A model generated the notes under the pieces. It saw only the letters and a list, made by a program, of their open reading frames with translations, ran no database searches and was not told the origin of the DNA. From assembly GCA_022711115.1 (NCBI GenBank), contig JAKLFP010000006.1, positions 86,214-150,213 of the forward strand: a stretch of 64,000 nt of DNA, given 5' to 3'. A program made the position numbers and the translations under genes. The DNA is from Candidatus Omnitrophota bacterium. GTDB taxonomy: Bacteria; Omnitrophota; Omnitrophia; Omnitrophales; Aquincolibacteriaceae. The first letter of the stretch is position 1. Each line of letters starts with the position of its first letter. Positions 1 through 9,726 of this stretch are shown here, piece by piece.

Positions 1-3000
1 TAAAGTGTTTGCGCCCAGTTGTTTTTCCAAACGGTTCATCAAAATATCCATGGGATCCAGAAGAGCGCTTTGATTTTTAACTTTTCCGGCCGTCTCTTTT
101 TCTATTTGGGCTTTCCTTCCCGCCAAGTTAATCGCTTCTTCCAGTCTCTGCAGACCCAGAACAAATTCATCCATACCCGGGAAAATAGGTTGGGCTTTAG
201 CTGCCTCCAGTTTGCTTTTTGATTTTTTCAGATCGTCTTTTGCTAAAGCGCCTTCGACACCTGCCAAGAAACTTTTTAAAATCTCATTCCGCCGCGTCCA
301 TTCCTGTATGTCCTGCCCGTTTCGGACAAATTTTCCGAGTGCTTCAAGTTCTGTTTCTGAAAGAAGCGAAACCATGGCTTCATAAATTCTTCCGGCTTCA
401 TAAAGTTTTTTCTTTTTGGAATCGACATCCTGCAAGGCGCCCCGCTCCTCCATAAGGGCAACCAGCATCTCAAGTTTTTCAAGTACTAGAAGCTCCTTCG
501 CGCTCTGTTCTTTTGATGTCGCGAGAAAAACCTCGGCGATTCGTTCAACGGACGCAAGATATTCCTGAGAAGTGACCCATGGCAAAATCGTTTGCCGAAA
601 ATTTGCGGCAGAAGTTGCCTTTTTTGTTTTCAACATTTGGATCGTTGCGGCAAGCCGCCCCGCCGCGCCGCCATGTCCGCTCAACGCATCCTCCCACGAA
701 GCTTTGAAAAGAGCGCTACGGCCTTCTTTTTCTTCAGAGAAACCTATTTGGATCCACTCATCCGCATTGGGCCATTGGCCGCTTGGATCGAAATATTCTT
801 TGAGAAAATCAAAAAATTTTGTCCGCACAGCGGAAAGCCGGGTTTCCTTCACGGTCCTTTGATCATCCAGGCCCATGCGCTTGAAAAAAGCCACATTAAG
901 CGCGATCAGAAAACGGTTCTTTTCTCCGGCGTCCGGAATGGCATCGAGATAACTCTGCATCTTCTCTGTCGCGGGAACCATATCGTCAAGAACCTTTTTT
1001 AGCGGTGGAAAAAGAGACGTCCCGCTGGAAAAACGGCCGAAATCTTTCTGAGTGATCAGTGCTTGTCTTGGGTTCTCCTGCATAGCAAGGAATAGACCGA
1101 GTACCGGCATATAGATTTCACGCATTTGTTCTGGAATCTCAAAAAGCCTTTGCCTTTCCGGGGGAACCTTGCCGAACTCCTTTTGAAGCCGTTCCAAAAG
1201 ACTTCGCTTGGGACGCGCCGCTTCTGACAAAGATTGGACGGTACGCGCGACCTGTTTATGAGCTTGTATCAAGGGGTAGAGCACTGAACGCAGTTCCGGA
1301 AAATCTTCGCGCAAGGCTTCATAGGCCTGCGCCGAATCTTGCGGGGTGCCCGTTTCAAGGGCTTTACGAAAATCAATCAGCCGTTGGAATTGAGCAAGCC
1401 GCACGTTTAGATCTTCCACGACACTTCTTAATTCACTGCGCGGCGTTTTAGTTTGCACCCATTGAAAAATAGCCTCCACGCTTTGGACAAAAGCATCTTG
1501 TGAACTTAAATCGAAAGACGGCGGGCTGTTCATTCTTTTTATTTCGCTAAGCTCGATAAGCCGGCGAACCTGTCCTTGATAAATCTCAAAAGCCTGGGTT
1601 AATTCCTTTAAAATTTTATTGGCATAATCAGCCGCCGCCAGATTTTTAATCTTTTGTTCGAGACCGGCCAGATTTTTTTGTTTTTCAAATTCACGAACCG
1701 CGCCATGCCAAGTCTTATAAAAAACGGGCGTTTCTCCGGCGTCCGGGGCATACTTCATCATGAAATCGTCCAACCGGTCTCTCAGCACTTCGCCATCGGA
1801 TGTTTTAAAGGCATCATTGGAATCCATTCCAAGAGAGGTCAAGAAGGCCAGATTGAGGGCAACATACAATTCCCTTGCGGTTTCCGGCTTCGCTTGAAAA
1901 CGCTTTAAGATTTCAGAAGATGCCTTCTCGATCCATGGGTTGATAATGCGGAATTTGGAGCGGAATGCATGCATGTCTTGTGGCTGCAACAGGAAAACAA
2001 CTTTTCCGCTTGTTTTATCGAGATAAGTCGCAAGGAGAAGTCCGAGAACAGGAAAAAAGTGATCGGCTATTGAAATGTATTCCGTGAAGAATCCCATCCG
2101 GCCTTCAAGACCGGAATAACTTTTTGCGGGATCCAATCCGAACTCCCGCATCAGATTTTCTTTGGAAGCTAGGGGTTTAAGCGCGCGGCGGATCTGTGTT
2201 TCGGCTTGATGAAATGCTTGCAGGATCTGTTGGGTAGAACCTGCGGGGATCGTTTCCGGAGAGTGGAGTTTAAAAACACGCCGCTCATACTGTAATTCTA
2301 CTTTCATATGGTCATAGGTGGCCTGTTTCTCTTCTTCGGTCCGGGTGATTTGATGTGAATAAGCAACAATGGCCGGGGAGTTTCGCCCATGCTGGCGCGA
2401 CTCCGGAAAAAGACGCCCGTGCAGGGCGACTTCGGTAAGGAGTTTTTTCAGAGTATCAAATTTTTCATCTGTGTTCATCCCTTCATGAAACGCATATTTT
2501 TGAACCTCCGTATCCGCATAGACCATATTGGGAATCTCCTGAATGTCAACGCTGGGAGAACGAAGCGGCGATTCCAAAAACGCTACGATGAGCTCCTTCA
2601 TGAAACTTGCTTTGCTTTCATGGCCATGGGCCTCTGCCGGGGGGTCGACGATAGGCTGGTTGAAAACCAGTTTTAAACGGGGCGGATAATGGATCAAAGG
2701 TGAGAACTCTTTGCCCAGAGGATCCGCCGGAACGGACGGAATAAACTGGATGTCTACCACGTTCTTCAAGGCACGTGCAATTTCATATTCGGAACGTAGC
2801 ACCGGTCGAAAACCAAGATTGAGCATGACCCACAGCAAGATGATATTGGCTGCTCTGGGACTGGGTGGTGTGAAGCGGGGTTTTTCTGACGATGGAAGCG
2901 ATTCCGGAAAAAGATTCAAGAGACGATAGGCGAGAAGTTCATTGTCCCGGAACGCGCTAACAGTCGTGATTTCATTCGGAGGCTTGGGTTTGTCGCCAAG

Positions 3001-6000
3001 AGACGGCACCTTCGGATCGATGTCCGTGTCCAAATTAGCCAGGATCCGCCGAACCTTGAAGGCATCCCGAAGAAGGACCCAGATGGGATGGTTTTGATCT
3101 GCTAAGAGCAAATTATATTTTTTTCTTGCCCCGACAAGAACATGCATTAACTGAACTAGATTTCCGGTCTTTCCTTTCGTAAGATACTCCTGATAGTACA
3201 ATTTTCTGGCCATTTCTTCTGTGGTAAAAAGATTTTTCCCCGCATTGAGCCGTTCCAGATCTTTGAGAACATATTGGAAAAAGATTCTATGTTGTTCTTG
3301 CAATTCAGGAACGTCATGAGGTGAAAGCGCCACACCCGGTCGCGAATCAATATCAAACAAGCTGATATCTTGAAGCAATTTCCGGTACTGCAAGCCTTCC
3401 TGAACCCGATTCAGTTGGTCCATGACATCGGGATTGATCCGAGAAACTTCTTGAGCTTCGACATGACCTTCGGCATCCATACTTAAATAGGAAATACCAT
3501 GGGGCTCCGAAGGAGCTTGGACGGCCATATGAATGCTTTTGTCGGCTCCAAAAACAAACCCGAAAATATGTTCAATGGTATTTTCTTTCGCATTCGACTG
3601 CGTTGTGATTTTAAGCACACCCGCGCCACTGACAGAAAACACATAAAAGTTTTGATCCGGGAAATCACTTCGAATCTCATTTATCCGCCTCTGGAGGGCT
3701 TTGGAATCCATCACGATTTTTCCGTTTGCCGCCGGAGCTTGCGACATTTTCGAAGAGCCTTCCCCGCTGCGCACTTCAGAACGTACAGGACCATCTGCTC
3801 GTGATTTTTCTACAGCCTTTGAAACAGCATAGATGACCGGCTCCCAGCTCACCTGACCCGCTTTATCTTCCAAGATGCTTGTTAGCTGGGTATGGACGTA
3901 ACTGCTTATCGCATTGTAATGAGGCCGGACTTCACCGCTGCGAACTCTTGCAACAAAAAACTCCACCCATTTTTGTCCGGAACCTTCGCCAAAAGCTTTA
4001 TCGATTTTTTCAAAAGAAGAACGCACCTCCGCTCGATGTATAGACCTATGTTTCGGTTGTAAGATTATCGCGGTCGCTCCCCCATCATAGAGTTGCTCAA
4101 TTTTTTTAGACGCATACCATTGGCCTTCAGGGTCGAGATGCTCAAGATATCGGCGATAGCGGTCTTGCAGCATTTGCCTGAAATAGGTATGCCTGCTGAT
4201 GGTGTTATCCCACAATGGAATATCCGCGTCCTTTTCGACAGAGCTTTTTTCCAACAGCAAATGGGATCTTAAACTATTAGCAATCACGGCCGCCTTGGGC
4301 AATTGGGTTAAAGAATGAAGCGACGCTGTGGTGATCCTGACTGCATTATCAAACGGGTCTCCTTCTTCACTCCCCCCCAGCGATAAAACTCCACTATTGA
4401 GAATAAGATCGAATTTTTTCCCATGAAAATATCCTTTCGTATCCATCAGGCGCGCATCACCGTTTCGGGCATCTATTCCATTTTCTCTTTTACCATTCCA
4501 TCCTCCGACCGTAAGGGTCGACATAGCGCCACCGGCTTTTTTCAGAATATCATTGAGGAAATTCTCAAACACTCCGTCCGAGCCAATCTCTAAAATGTTT
4601 TTGATGCCATAATGCCTGAGGAGAAAGAGCAGCCGGTCCTCGGGATCCGATGGAAGCTCACCGTCAAAATCGTGCTCAAGATGATAAAAAATCATTGCTA
4701 AAAGATGCACATAATTGAATCTGGGAAGCTCAAAGCCTTCTTCGCCTTTCTTAATCAGCAAAGCTCTTGCCAAATAGTAATATTTTTTGGTTTTTGAATC
4801 CGGGAATTCTACGTAATTGAGAGGAACGACAGTTTTCGAATCATAGCGTTGTTGCATGTCCGACTGCAGTTTCTGCCATAGAGTAGGTTCAACAATATTG
4901 GGATGCGAAATAATGGACTGGGATTCTTGCTTGTACATCTGTGCCACAACGGTTTTGGATTGATCGAAAATGGGAGTCAACTGACCTTCAAAAGGTAAAG
5001 TTGCATTTCTTATTTCGGAACGATCAAAGGTAAGGCCTTGATTTGCAACAGTGAGACCGTGCTCTTCCAGGACAAGGGGATCAAGTGAACGGAGTAAAGC
5101 GGCAAACGGATGGTCGGCATCACCGACCTCGCGAAGACCTGTATTCAAACCCTCCAAATATTGAGTCCCCATTGCTTCGCTGAGCTGTGACTGAATAGCG
5201 CCTAACCCCATGAGGAGTGTAGGTTGGCGAATCGTTGACCCTGCCAAGACCCGGTCTTTGATCTCATGCGCACGAAGCTTAAGACCGGGTCTTGATTGTT
5301 CGGTCATAAGCTTGAGATAGCACTTGCCGTCGATTTTTTTCGAAATCCTTGGCGTAACGCGTATAAAAGAAATCTGGTGATCCTTGAAATATTGCGAAAG
5401 CCCTTCCGAGTGAAAGCCCCCGGTTACGAGAACCGCGTTTGGTTGATTGAGTGATTTCATCCGCCGCAGCATTTTTTCGAACATAATTTTTTCGCGTGCT
5501 TCCGCCAGCTCATAGAATCGCAAAGCGTCCACTACCCTGTCTTGGACGGTTCCGTTCCCTGGCGGATTATGCTCAGCGTTCAAAAGACGGTTTTGATCGT
5601 TGCCCGCTGACCGTTTTTCTTTGATTGTTCGATATTCTTCCCTGCTTAGTTCCAGAGCAAAGAGCTTCTTCAACAACAAATAATCTTGGTAACGATGGAT
5701 CACTTCTTTTTCAAAAGTTGTCTTCCCGAGCTTCTCCAGAACTTTTTCATTAAGTTGTTCGATTTCCTTAAATAGATCCGTCGCTTGAAGTTCGCTGGAA
5801 AGAATCGCCACGCCTATCCGACGCGTAAGGTTGGGATAATCTTCGAAACGAAAACCTTTCGGGGCAACGATACTATAAAATTCTTCAAAAAAACTTCGGG
5901 ACTCAAGACTCGGGGCTGGGGACTTGACTAAAAACGTTTCAAAACCATCTGCCATGGTGCCCAGTTTATGATCTATGAGCCATTTTTTCAGTTTTTGTAT

Positions 6001-6942
6001 TTCAGATTCAACAAGGGACGAGTTCCGGGCAACAAGTTTCTGTAAATTTTGGATTTTAAAAAATCGAACTAGCATGGGCCATTCAATCTGATGGCGAGTA
6101 TCGTTAAAATCGTGCCCTAAATAATCACGGGCATATTTCTCAAGAAGCGTTAAATGCGAAAGGATATCCTTGCCGGCTTCTTCTTGAAAAATCCAGGCTT
6201 TAAAAAAATCTTTTAGCTCTTTATTCAGAACCTTCGAGCTCTGCACCATAATCTTTCGGCGCATCTCATTCAAAAAACGATCCGTTTCGTTCTTGTGGCC
6301 GTAAACATCTCGAAAGACTTCAAGGTTCTTGCGATAGAGCACTTCGTCTTCAACTCCATAGACCACAGACTGAAGACTGGCGACTGAAACTTTAAAGTCT
6401 TTGGCCTGACGTCTTTGGCCGGCAGTCTGTTTTGAAAGAAACCGCTCCACGCCGCCAACGAACCCGAGTTTCGTCAATGCATCGATATATTTTTGATTCA
6501 GTTTTTCATCTTTGAAAAAAGCAAGTCTTTCCGGTTTTAACTCTCCGAAGCCGCCTTCTAAAAGAATCGTGTCGAACCCGTAACGGTCCTTCAGATGATT
6601 GAGAATGCGTTCTGTCTTGATCTGTGCTTCCTCACTGCCGTGGGCATCTTCGATATGGACAACCAGACTGGAGACTGAAAATGGAAGACCGAAGCGAGAG
6701 GTATTGCCAATTTCGGGTTTATAAATCTCGTTGATGATACCGATTTCGGAAGGAATAGCGATTTGATCGACCAATGAGGAGATGCTAGTCTCTAGTCTCT
6801 GGTCTACAGTCTGTAGTCTTGGAATTGAAAGATCCGCAGGCGCAGCTTGGGTGATGGTGGTGGTGGTGAAAATAAATACAATGATTCCCGCCACCAAGCG
6901 AATAGGAAAAGAGAATCTGGCACTTTTCTCGACGAAGCGCAT
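1..6942 (-). CDS. Giant modular protein, paralog of the 35-kb ORF (gene A). It is 5'-complete (ATG at 6942, GGAG about 14 nt upstream) and runs past the window start with no stop (at least 2,314 codons in window). Its N-terminal ~640-aa module is homologous to module 1 of the giant ORF and to the gene at 61396..63573. In-frame junction motifs: RSEIR (5008..5022), RAEVR (4021..4035), RSEVR (3769..3783), RSELR (1426..1440).
   Basis: Hand translation of the minus strand from 6942 gives MRFVEKSARFSFPIRLVAGIIVFIFTTTITQAAPADLSIPRL...VHIEDAHGSEEAQIKTERILNHL...AVLVTGGFHSEGLSQYF, which aligns with VHIQDAHANYDAQKNIENILRHL / AVLVTGGFHTNGF in the giant ORF. No stop met in the stretches translated. The ORF track shows no ORF longer than 136 aa on any frame across 1..6950, as expected if the real ORF is open-ended and omitted from the track. 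All four motif copies share the frame of the ATG at 6942. Confidence 0.75.
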   Translation of the reverse strand, partial: MRFVEKSARFSFPIRLVAGIIVFIFTTTTITQAAPADLSIPRLQTVDQRLETSISSLVDQIAIPSEIGIINEIYKPEIGNTSRFGLPFSVSSLVVHIEDAHGSEEAQIKTERILNHLKDRYGFDTILLEGGFGELKPERLAFFKDEKLNQKYIDALTKLGFVGGVERFLSKQTAGQRRQAKDFKVSVASLQSVVYGVEDEVLYRKNLEVFRDVYGHKNETDRFLNEMRRKIMVQSSKVLNKELKDFFKAWIFQEEAGKDILSHLTLLEKYARDYLGHDFNDTRHQIEWPMLVRFFKIQNLQKLVARNSSLVESEIQKLKKWLIDHKLGTMADGFETFLVKSPAPSLESRSFFEEFYSIVAPKGFRFEDYPNLTRRIGVAILSSELQATDLFKEIEQLNEKVLEKLGKTTFEKEVIHRYQDYLLLKKLFALELSREEYRTIKEKRSAGNDQNRLLNAEHNPPGNGTVQDRVVDALRFYELAEAREKIMFEKMLRRMKSLNQPNAVLVTGGFHSEGLSQYFKDHQISFIRVTPRISKKIDGKCYLKLMTEQSRPGLKLRAHEIKDRVLAGSTIRQPTLLMGLGAIQSQLSEAMGTQYLEGLNTGLREVGDADHPFAALLRSLDPLVLEEHGLTVANQGLTFDRSEIRNATLPFEGQLTPIFDQSKTVVAQMYKQESQSIISHPNIVEPTLWQKLQSDMQQRYDSKTVVPLNYVEFPDSKTKKYYYLARALLIKKGEEGFELPRFNYVHLLAMIFYHLEHDFDGELPSDPEDRLLFLLRHYGIKNILEIGSDGVFENFLNDILKKAGGAMSTLTVGGWNGKRENGIDARNGDARLMDTKGYFHGKKFDLILNSGVLSLGGSEEGDPFDNAVRITTASLHSLTQLPKAAVIANSLRSHLLLEKSSVEKDADIPLWDNTISRHTYFRQMLQDRYRRYLEHLDPEGQWYASKKIEQLYDGGATAIILQPKHRSIHRAEVRSSFEKIDKAFGEGSGQKWVEFFVARVRSGEVRPHYNAISSYVHTQLTSILEDKAGQVSWEPVIYAVSKAVEKSRADGPVRSEVRSGEGSSKMSQAPAANGKIVMDSKALQRRINEIRSDFPDQNFYVFSVSGAGVLKITTQSNAKENTIEHIFGFVFGADKSIHMAVQAPSEPHGISYLSMDAEGHVEAQEVSRINPDVMDQLNRVQEGLQYRKLLQDISLFDIDSRPGVALSPHDVPELQEQHRIFFQYVLKDLERLNAGKNLFTTEEMARKLYYQEYLTKGKTGNLVQLMHVLVGARKKYNLLLADQNHPIWVLLRDAFKVRRILANLDTDIDPKVPSLGDKPKPPNEITTVSAFRDNELLAYRLLNLFPESLPSSEKPRFTPPSPRAANIILLWVMLNLGFRPVLRSEYEIARALKNVVDIQFIPSVPADPLGKEFSPLIHYPPRLKLVFNQPIVDPPAEAHGHESKASFMKELIVAFLESPLRSPSVDIQEIPNMVYADTEVQKYAFHEGMNTDEKFDTLKKLLTEVALHGRLFPESRQHGRNSPAIVAYSHQITRTEEEKQATYDHMKVELQYERRVFKLHSPETIPAGSTQQILQAFHQAETQIRRALKPLASKENLMREFGLDPAKSYSGLEGRMGFFTEYISIADHFFPVLGLLLATYLDKTSGKVVFLLQPQDMHAFRSKFRIINPWIEKASSEILKRFQAKPETARELYVALNLAFLTSLGMDSNDAFKTSDGEVLRDRLDDFMMKYAPDAGETPVFYKTWHGAVREFEKQKNLAGLEQKIKNLAAADYANKILKELTQAFEIYQGQVRRLIELSEIKRMNSPPSFDLSSQDAFVQSVEAIFQWVQTKTPRSELRSVVEDLNVRLAQFQRLIDFRKALETGTPQDSAQAYEALREDFPELRSVLYPLIQAHKQVARTVQSLSEAARPKRSLLERLQKEFGKVPPERQRLFEIPEQMREIYMPVLGLFLAMQENPRQALITQKDFGRFSSGTSLFPPLKKVLDDMVPATEKMQSYLDAIPDAGEKNRFLIALNVAFFKRMGLDDQRTVKETRLSAVRTKFFDFLKEYFDPSGQWPNADEWIQIGFSEEKEGRSALFKASWEDALSGHGGAAGRLAATIQMLKTKKATSAANFRQTILPWVTSQEYLASVERIAEVFLATSKEQSAKELLVLEKLEMLVALMEERGALQDVDSKKKKLYEAGRIYEAMVSLLSETELEALGKFVRNGQDIQEWTRRNEILKSFLAGVEGALAKDDLKKSKSKLEAAKAQPIFPGMDEFVLGLQRLEEAINLAGRKAQIEKETAGKVKNQSALLDPMDILMNRLEKQLGANTL

Positions 6943-7149
6943 CTTCTTTTTTGTAACTCCAATGAGGCTTGGTATTTAGAGCATGTAAAAGTTAACACAT
7001 GTTTTTAAGTCTTACAATGGACTTATAAAATTTATTTATAAAATATAACAAGCTTTGGATAAAAAAAACTATCTTAAAATAGCATTATTATTCATAAAAT
7101 CAGCAACCTGCTACCTGGAGTTATTTATGAAATCCTTGTGATTTTTAAC

Positions 7150-7191
7150 AATATTTTTGAGACTTTACGATGATTTTTGTCATGCTATAAT
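7150..7191 (+). promoter_or_regulatory. Putative sigma70-type promoter with an extended -10 (TGcTATAAT, -10 at 7186..7191) upstream of the Prx remnant and sodB.
   Basis: Sequence ...gatttttgtcaTGcTATAATgcc in an AT-rich 460-bp intergenic region. Confidence 0.3.
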
Positions 7192-7226
7192 GCCTCTTCT
7201 TGAAATTGTAAAGGGGGACCTGAGCC

Positions 7227-7350
7227 ATGCTGCAGATCGGCGAAACCGTTCCTGATTTTGAAATACCATTCATTTAAATGGGAACGAAGTCTTTCCGGCA
7301 GGCTGGCAACCCGATAAAAGGATATTTAGACTTAACCAAGCTTTGGTTAA
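7227..7350 (+). pseudogene. Peroxiredoxin gene remnant. A 16-codon N-terminal fragment (MLQIGETVPDFEIPFI*) with a strong SD (AAAGGGGGA) is followed in a shifted frame by a C-terminal fragment (..NEVFPAGWQPDKRIF..). The ~150 codons of the catalytic core are missing.
   Basis: The N-terminus matches the Prx/Bcp pattern M.L.[IV]GD.APDF..P. The C-terminal piece matches the 2-Cys Prx EVCPAGWKPGDKTI tail. The two pieces lie about 50 nt apart and in different frames. Confidence 0.45.
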
Positions 7351-7442
7351 AAAAATATAAAACCCAGCGATTAATTTCAGGCCATTGCGGTAGAAAACTT
7401 TTTACGGCTGTGTTTTTATCGCTTACAAAATGAGAGGTATTT

Positions 7443-8021
7443 ATGCCATTTTCACTTCCTGAACTCCCTTACGCCATGGACGCTCTCGCGCCTCACATCA
7501 GCAAGGAAACCCTCGAATACCATTATGGGAAGCACCATAATGCCTATGTCACGAATCTCAACAAACTTACGGAGGGAAAACCTGCGGCTGGAAAAACCCT
7601 TGAAGAATTGATCAAGACTGCCAAGGGACCTGTTTTCAATAATGCCGCCCAGGTTTGGAACCACACCTTTTATTGGAATTGTTTGAAAGCGAACGGCGGC
7701 GGCATTCCCACCGGGCCGGTAGCCGAAGCCATCAACGCTTCTTTCGGTAGTTTTGAAGAATTTAAAACTCTTTTTACAAATATGTCGGTCGGACTTTTTG
7801 GCTCAGGCTGGACATGGCTTGTCAAAGACAGCGACGGCTCTCTCGGCGTCGAAGCGCTCTCCAATGCCGGAAATCCGCTGACCAATGACCAGAAACCCCT
7901 TCTCACCTGCGATGTCTGGGAACATGCCTATTACATCGATTACCGGAATGAGCGCGCGAAATACGTGGAAACTTTCTGGAATTTGGTGAATTGGGATTTT
8001 GTGAATCAGCAACTCAGCTGA
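7443..8021 (+). CDS. sodB: Fe/Mn-family superoxide dismutase (Fe-SOD-like).
   Basis: PFSLPELPYAMDALAPHISKETLEYHYGKHHNAYVTNLN and DVWEHAYYIDYRN are the classic Fe/Mn SOD signatures. AGAGG RBS 7 nt upstream. Confidence 0.9.
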   Translation: MPFSLPELPYAMDALAPHISKETLEYHYGKHHNAYVTNLNKLTEGKPAAGKTLEELIKTAKGPVFNNAAQVWNHTFYWNCLKANGGGIPTGPVAEAINASFGSFEEFKTLFTNMSVGLFGSGWTWLVKDSDGSLGVEALSNAGNPLTNDQKPLLTCDVWEHAYYIDYRNERAKYVETFWNLVNWDFVNQQLS

Positions 8022-8095
8022 GTCTGCAGGCTGAAGACTAGAGACTTAAGACTAAAACTGTGAAAAGCTTCAGTTTGTAGTCTTTGGTCTTCCGG
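8022..8095. terminator. Bidirectional terminator hairpin between the convergent sodB and TPR genes (AGACTAaAACTG ... CAGTTtGTAGTCT, extended by GAAGAC/GTCTTC).
   Basis: Imperfect inverted repeat with a ~12-bp stem and a 10-nt loop, lying exactly between two convergent stop codons. Confidence 0.45.
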
Positions 8096-8590
8096 CTAAT
8101 TGAGCATGGATTCCATACGACTGATCGCTTTCGCCGCCAAAGTGTATTCCGTGTTTTGTTGAAGGGCATGACGATAAGCTTCAAGCGCCTTGCTCCAATC
8201 ACCCTGATGCTCCCAAACTCTTCCCAAGTTATACCACGCATAGAACCGACCGTCATAACGTTCCGCAGTGGTCGCCTTTTCAAGCCAGGGAAGCGCTTCC
8301 TGCCAACGGCCTGTTTCGATCAGATAGGCTCCGATATCGTTATAAGGATTCCCATATTGCGGATCAATCCGAATCGCTCTCTCGCATTCCCTGATGGCAT
8401 CCCCGTAACGGCCTTTGACACTGTAGGCCCATCCTAAAAAGGTATGTGCCTCAGCGGTCGGCTGAGAGGCTATGGATTGGAGATACAATGTGACGGCCTC
8501 GTCGACTTTTCCGGCCATTTGTTTTTCATAACCTTCCTGAAGATAGCGATTTGCGGTTTCTTGAGGGTTCGGGATATCGAAGTTTTCCAT
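8096..8590 (-). CDS. Tetratricopeptide-repeat protein. Start at 8590 (MENFDIP...) sits 1 nt after the upstream gene's stop. The track ORF extends to 8662 and would overlap that gene by 70 nt.
   Basis: Several TPR-like 34-aa repeats (AHTFLGWAYSVKGRYGDAIRECERAIRIDPQY, PYNDIGAYLIETGRWQEALPWLEKA, AWYNLGRVWEHQGDWSKALEAYRHALQ). Confidence 0.7.
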   Translation of the reverse strand: MENFDIPNPQETANRYLQEGYEKQMAGKVDEAVTLYLQSIASQPTAEAHTFLGWAYSVKGRYGDAIRECERAIRIDPQYGNPYNDIGAYLIETGRWQEALPWLEKATTAERYDGRFYAWYNLGRVWEHQGDWSKALEAYRHALQQNTEYTLAAKAISRMESMLN

Positions 8591-8591
8591 A

Positions 8592-9200
8592 TTAAAATCG
8601 CATAAAAGGGTTGGTTTTCTTTTCGTGACCCATCGTTGACTCCTCAGCATCGCCATAGGCATGGCCTGGAAAAACCTTGAGAGTTTCTTTCAAACCGGCT
8701 AGTCGCTTCAAACTTTCCCGCATTTTCAGTTCACTGCCTCCCGGAAGGTCACAACGCCCGCAAGCCCCGACAAAAAGTGTGTCCCCGGTCACCAGCCTAT
8801 CCTCGACAAGAATACATTGAGATCCTTCCGTATGACCCGGCGTGTGTATCAATATCAACTCCACATTGCCGATCTTCAGCAGAAAGCCTTCATAAGTTTC
8901 CAGAAGACGCTCTTTGATATCCTTGAGATGCCTTGCCTCTTTTTCGTGGACATAGACAGGACCCGCTATTTTTTGAATAAGATCGTTGACGCCGTTGCAG
9001 TGATCAAAATGCGTATGCGTCAAGACTCCGGCCACAACCTTCATTCCATCTTTCTCGGCTTCGCTCAAAACCGCATCCACATCCCAGGCCGGATCAACCA
9101 CAACGCATTCTTTTTTGCTTTTGTCCCCGATCAAATAGCAAAAATTCTGCATATAGCCAACCGGTATTTGTTTAAAATAAAGATTGCCGCTGTTACTCAC
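8592..9200 (-). CDS. MBL-fold metallo-hydrolase (hydroxyacylglutathione hydrolase-like).
   Basis: THTHFDHCNG (HxHxDH motif) plus downstream His and Asp ligands (HTPGHTEG, FPGHAY). Confidence 0.75.
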   Translation of the reverse strand: MSNSGNLYFKQIPVGYMQNFCYLIGDKSKKECVVVDPAWDVDAVLSEAEKDGMKVVAGVLTHTHFDHCNGVNDLIQKIAGPVYVHEKEARHLKDIKERLLETYEGFLLKIGNVELILIHTPGHTEGSQCILVEDRLVTGDTLFVGACGRCDLPGGSELKMRESLKRLAGLKETLKVFPGHAYGDAEESTMGHEKKTNPFMRF

Positions 9201-9684
9201 CGCATGGACACCTTTTCGTCTGGATACGTTCGTAATAAATACTTTCTATCTTAGGCTGGTCGCATAAATTCAAACGGGATTGTTCCGAAAAAGAAAACGG
9301 AAGCGGTGGATAAAAAACATCGCCGTCATAATTCTGATGAATCCGCGTCATATAGACCCCATCAATGAGAGAAAGTGTTTGCATGAAAAGATCCGCTCCC
9401 CCAAGGATAAAAGCCTTTTGTGTTTTGATTTGCCCAAGGGCATCTCCGAGCGTATCGAAGAATTGCGGATTGTCACCTCCTGAGGGAAGAGATTTGCTCA
9501 GAACAAAATTCTGACAATCCGGCAACGGTTTGCCGAGACCTTCATAGGTTTTGCGACCCATGATCACCGTGCTCCCAATGGTCAACTTACTGCGGTGTTC
9601 CCTGTCTTCTGGAAAACACCAAGGTATTTTCTGGTTCTTTCCGATAATATGATTTTGAGCGACCGTCACGATATGAAATAGCAT
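9193..9684 (-). CDS. folA: Dihydrofolate reductase, tandem copy 1.
   Basis: 163 aa; HIVTVAQNHIIGKNQKIPW...TVIMGRKTYEGLG...FILGGADLF is the DHFR fold pattern. Confidence 0.8.
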   Translation of the reverse strand: MLFHIVTVAQNHIIGKNQKIPWCFPEDREHRSKLTIGSTVIMGRKTYEGLGKPLPDCQNFVLSKSLPSGGDNPQFFDTLGDALGQIKTQKAFILGGADLFMQTLSLIDGVYMTRIHQNYDGDVFYPPLPFSFSEQSRLNLCDQPKIESIYYERIQTKRCPCGE

Positions 9685-9726
9685 AAGACCTTCCCTGCAG
9701 CAGCTACCTTAAAGAATTAAAAAGAC

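Noticed and set aside
6781-8095. Short AGACT/AGTCT clusters (6781..6830 inside gene A, 8022..8095, 10221..10280) as a dispersed repeat family
   Set aside because: Too short and degenerate. The 8022..8095 instance is explained as a terminator hairpin and the others fall in coding sequence.
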